Assembly (NCBI GenBank): GCA_016748015.1
Contig: JAAOMT010000706.1
Span: 689,667-753,666, forward strand
Source: Geosiphon pyriformis uo1
Lineage: Eukaryota; Fungi; Glomeromycota
Direction of reading: 5' to 3'
Length of the DNA: 64,000 nucleotides
The position numbers and the translations under genes were made by a program. Numbering within the stretch: position 1 is the first letter of the stretch; each line of letters begins with the position of its first letter. Shown in pieces: positions 63,542-64,000 of the stretch. The notes beneath the pieces are model-generated. The model did not search any database. It was not told the DNA's origin and saw only the letters and a list, made by a program, of their open reading frames with translations.

Positions 63542-64000
63542 TCTAATAGTCGTCGAAATTTTTAAACTTTAAATCTTCGAATGAAATTAGGGGTGAGGAA
63601 AACACAAAACTGGCACACTAGGTCTTTTTATTTGCCAAATTATTCAGAAAATCTTGATGTTAAAATTTTTAATGCTAATAGAAATAAATATTTAAATTTT
63701 ATTTTATTAATTAAAGTTTTAAGATACACTTAAAAATATAATATCGCATTTGAAATTCACTTATTTACTTAACTAATTTATTCATCACTGAAAAATCTTT
63801 TAGTTTTTAAGAATTTATAATAAGCTCAGTCAGTCAGATAACTAGCAAATTCAGTTGAGGTAAATTTCGCGTGATTTTTTAAACAATATCAATCAAATCA
63901 TCTTATAGGAAATTTTTTTTCGAATTCTAATAATGATTCTCCCAAAGTTATTAAAAAGTAATAAATTTTAAGGAGTCCATAGCTCGTTTATTTATTAAAA

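Overview
Very AT-rich eukaryotic (fungal) genomic DNA with short GT-AG introns and two assembly gaps (46981-47004, 63392-63441). The gene content (Sel1 repeats, BTB-BACK-TLDc, a TKL-type kinase relic, class-3 lipase, LaeA-like methyltransferase) suggests an arbuscular-mycorrhizal/Glomeromycotina-type genome; this is inference, not a database result. Apparently intact or nearly intact genes: the 3' end of an arrestin-like gene, a Cys/Asn-rich single-pass surface protein, tRNA-Ser(UGA), a small 5-exon gene missed by the ORF track, a 14-exon Argonaute, a Gpr1/Fun34/YaaH transporter, a pepsin-type aspartic protease, a lipase-3 lacking its nucleophile Ser and a Sel1-repeat protein. Most notable: (1) a decayed IS607-type element (about 15026-16115, - strand) with a serine-recombinase fragment, unidentified internal coding cargo, the C-terminus of a TnpB/Fanzor2 RNA-guided nuclease and a hairpin-rich right end (candidate omegaRNA); (2) a family of small secreted basic proteins with beta/gamma-crystallin-like (MiAMP1/killer-toxin-like) motifs, present as an inverted pair, a third copy and an orphan flank, each at a different stage of decay; (3) an Argonaute whose catalytic Glu finger is Asp. 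All translations outside the ORF track and all alignments were done by eye.
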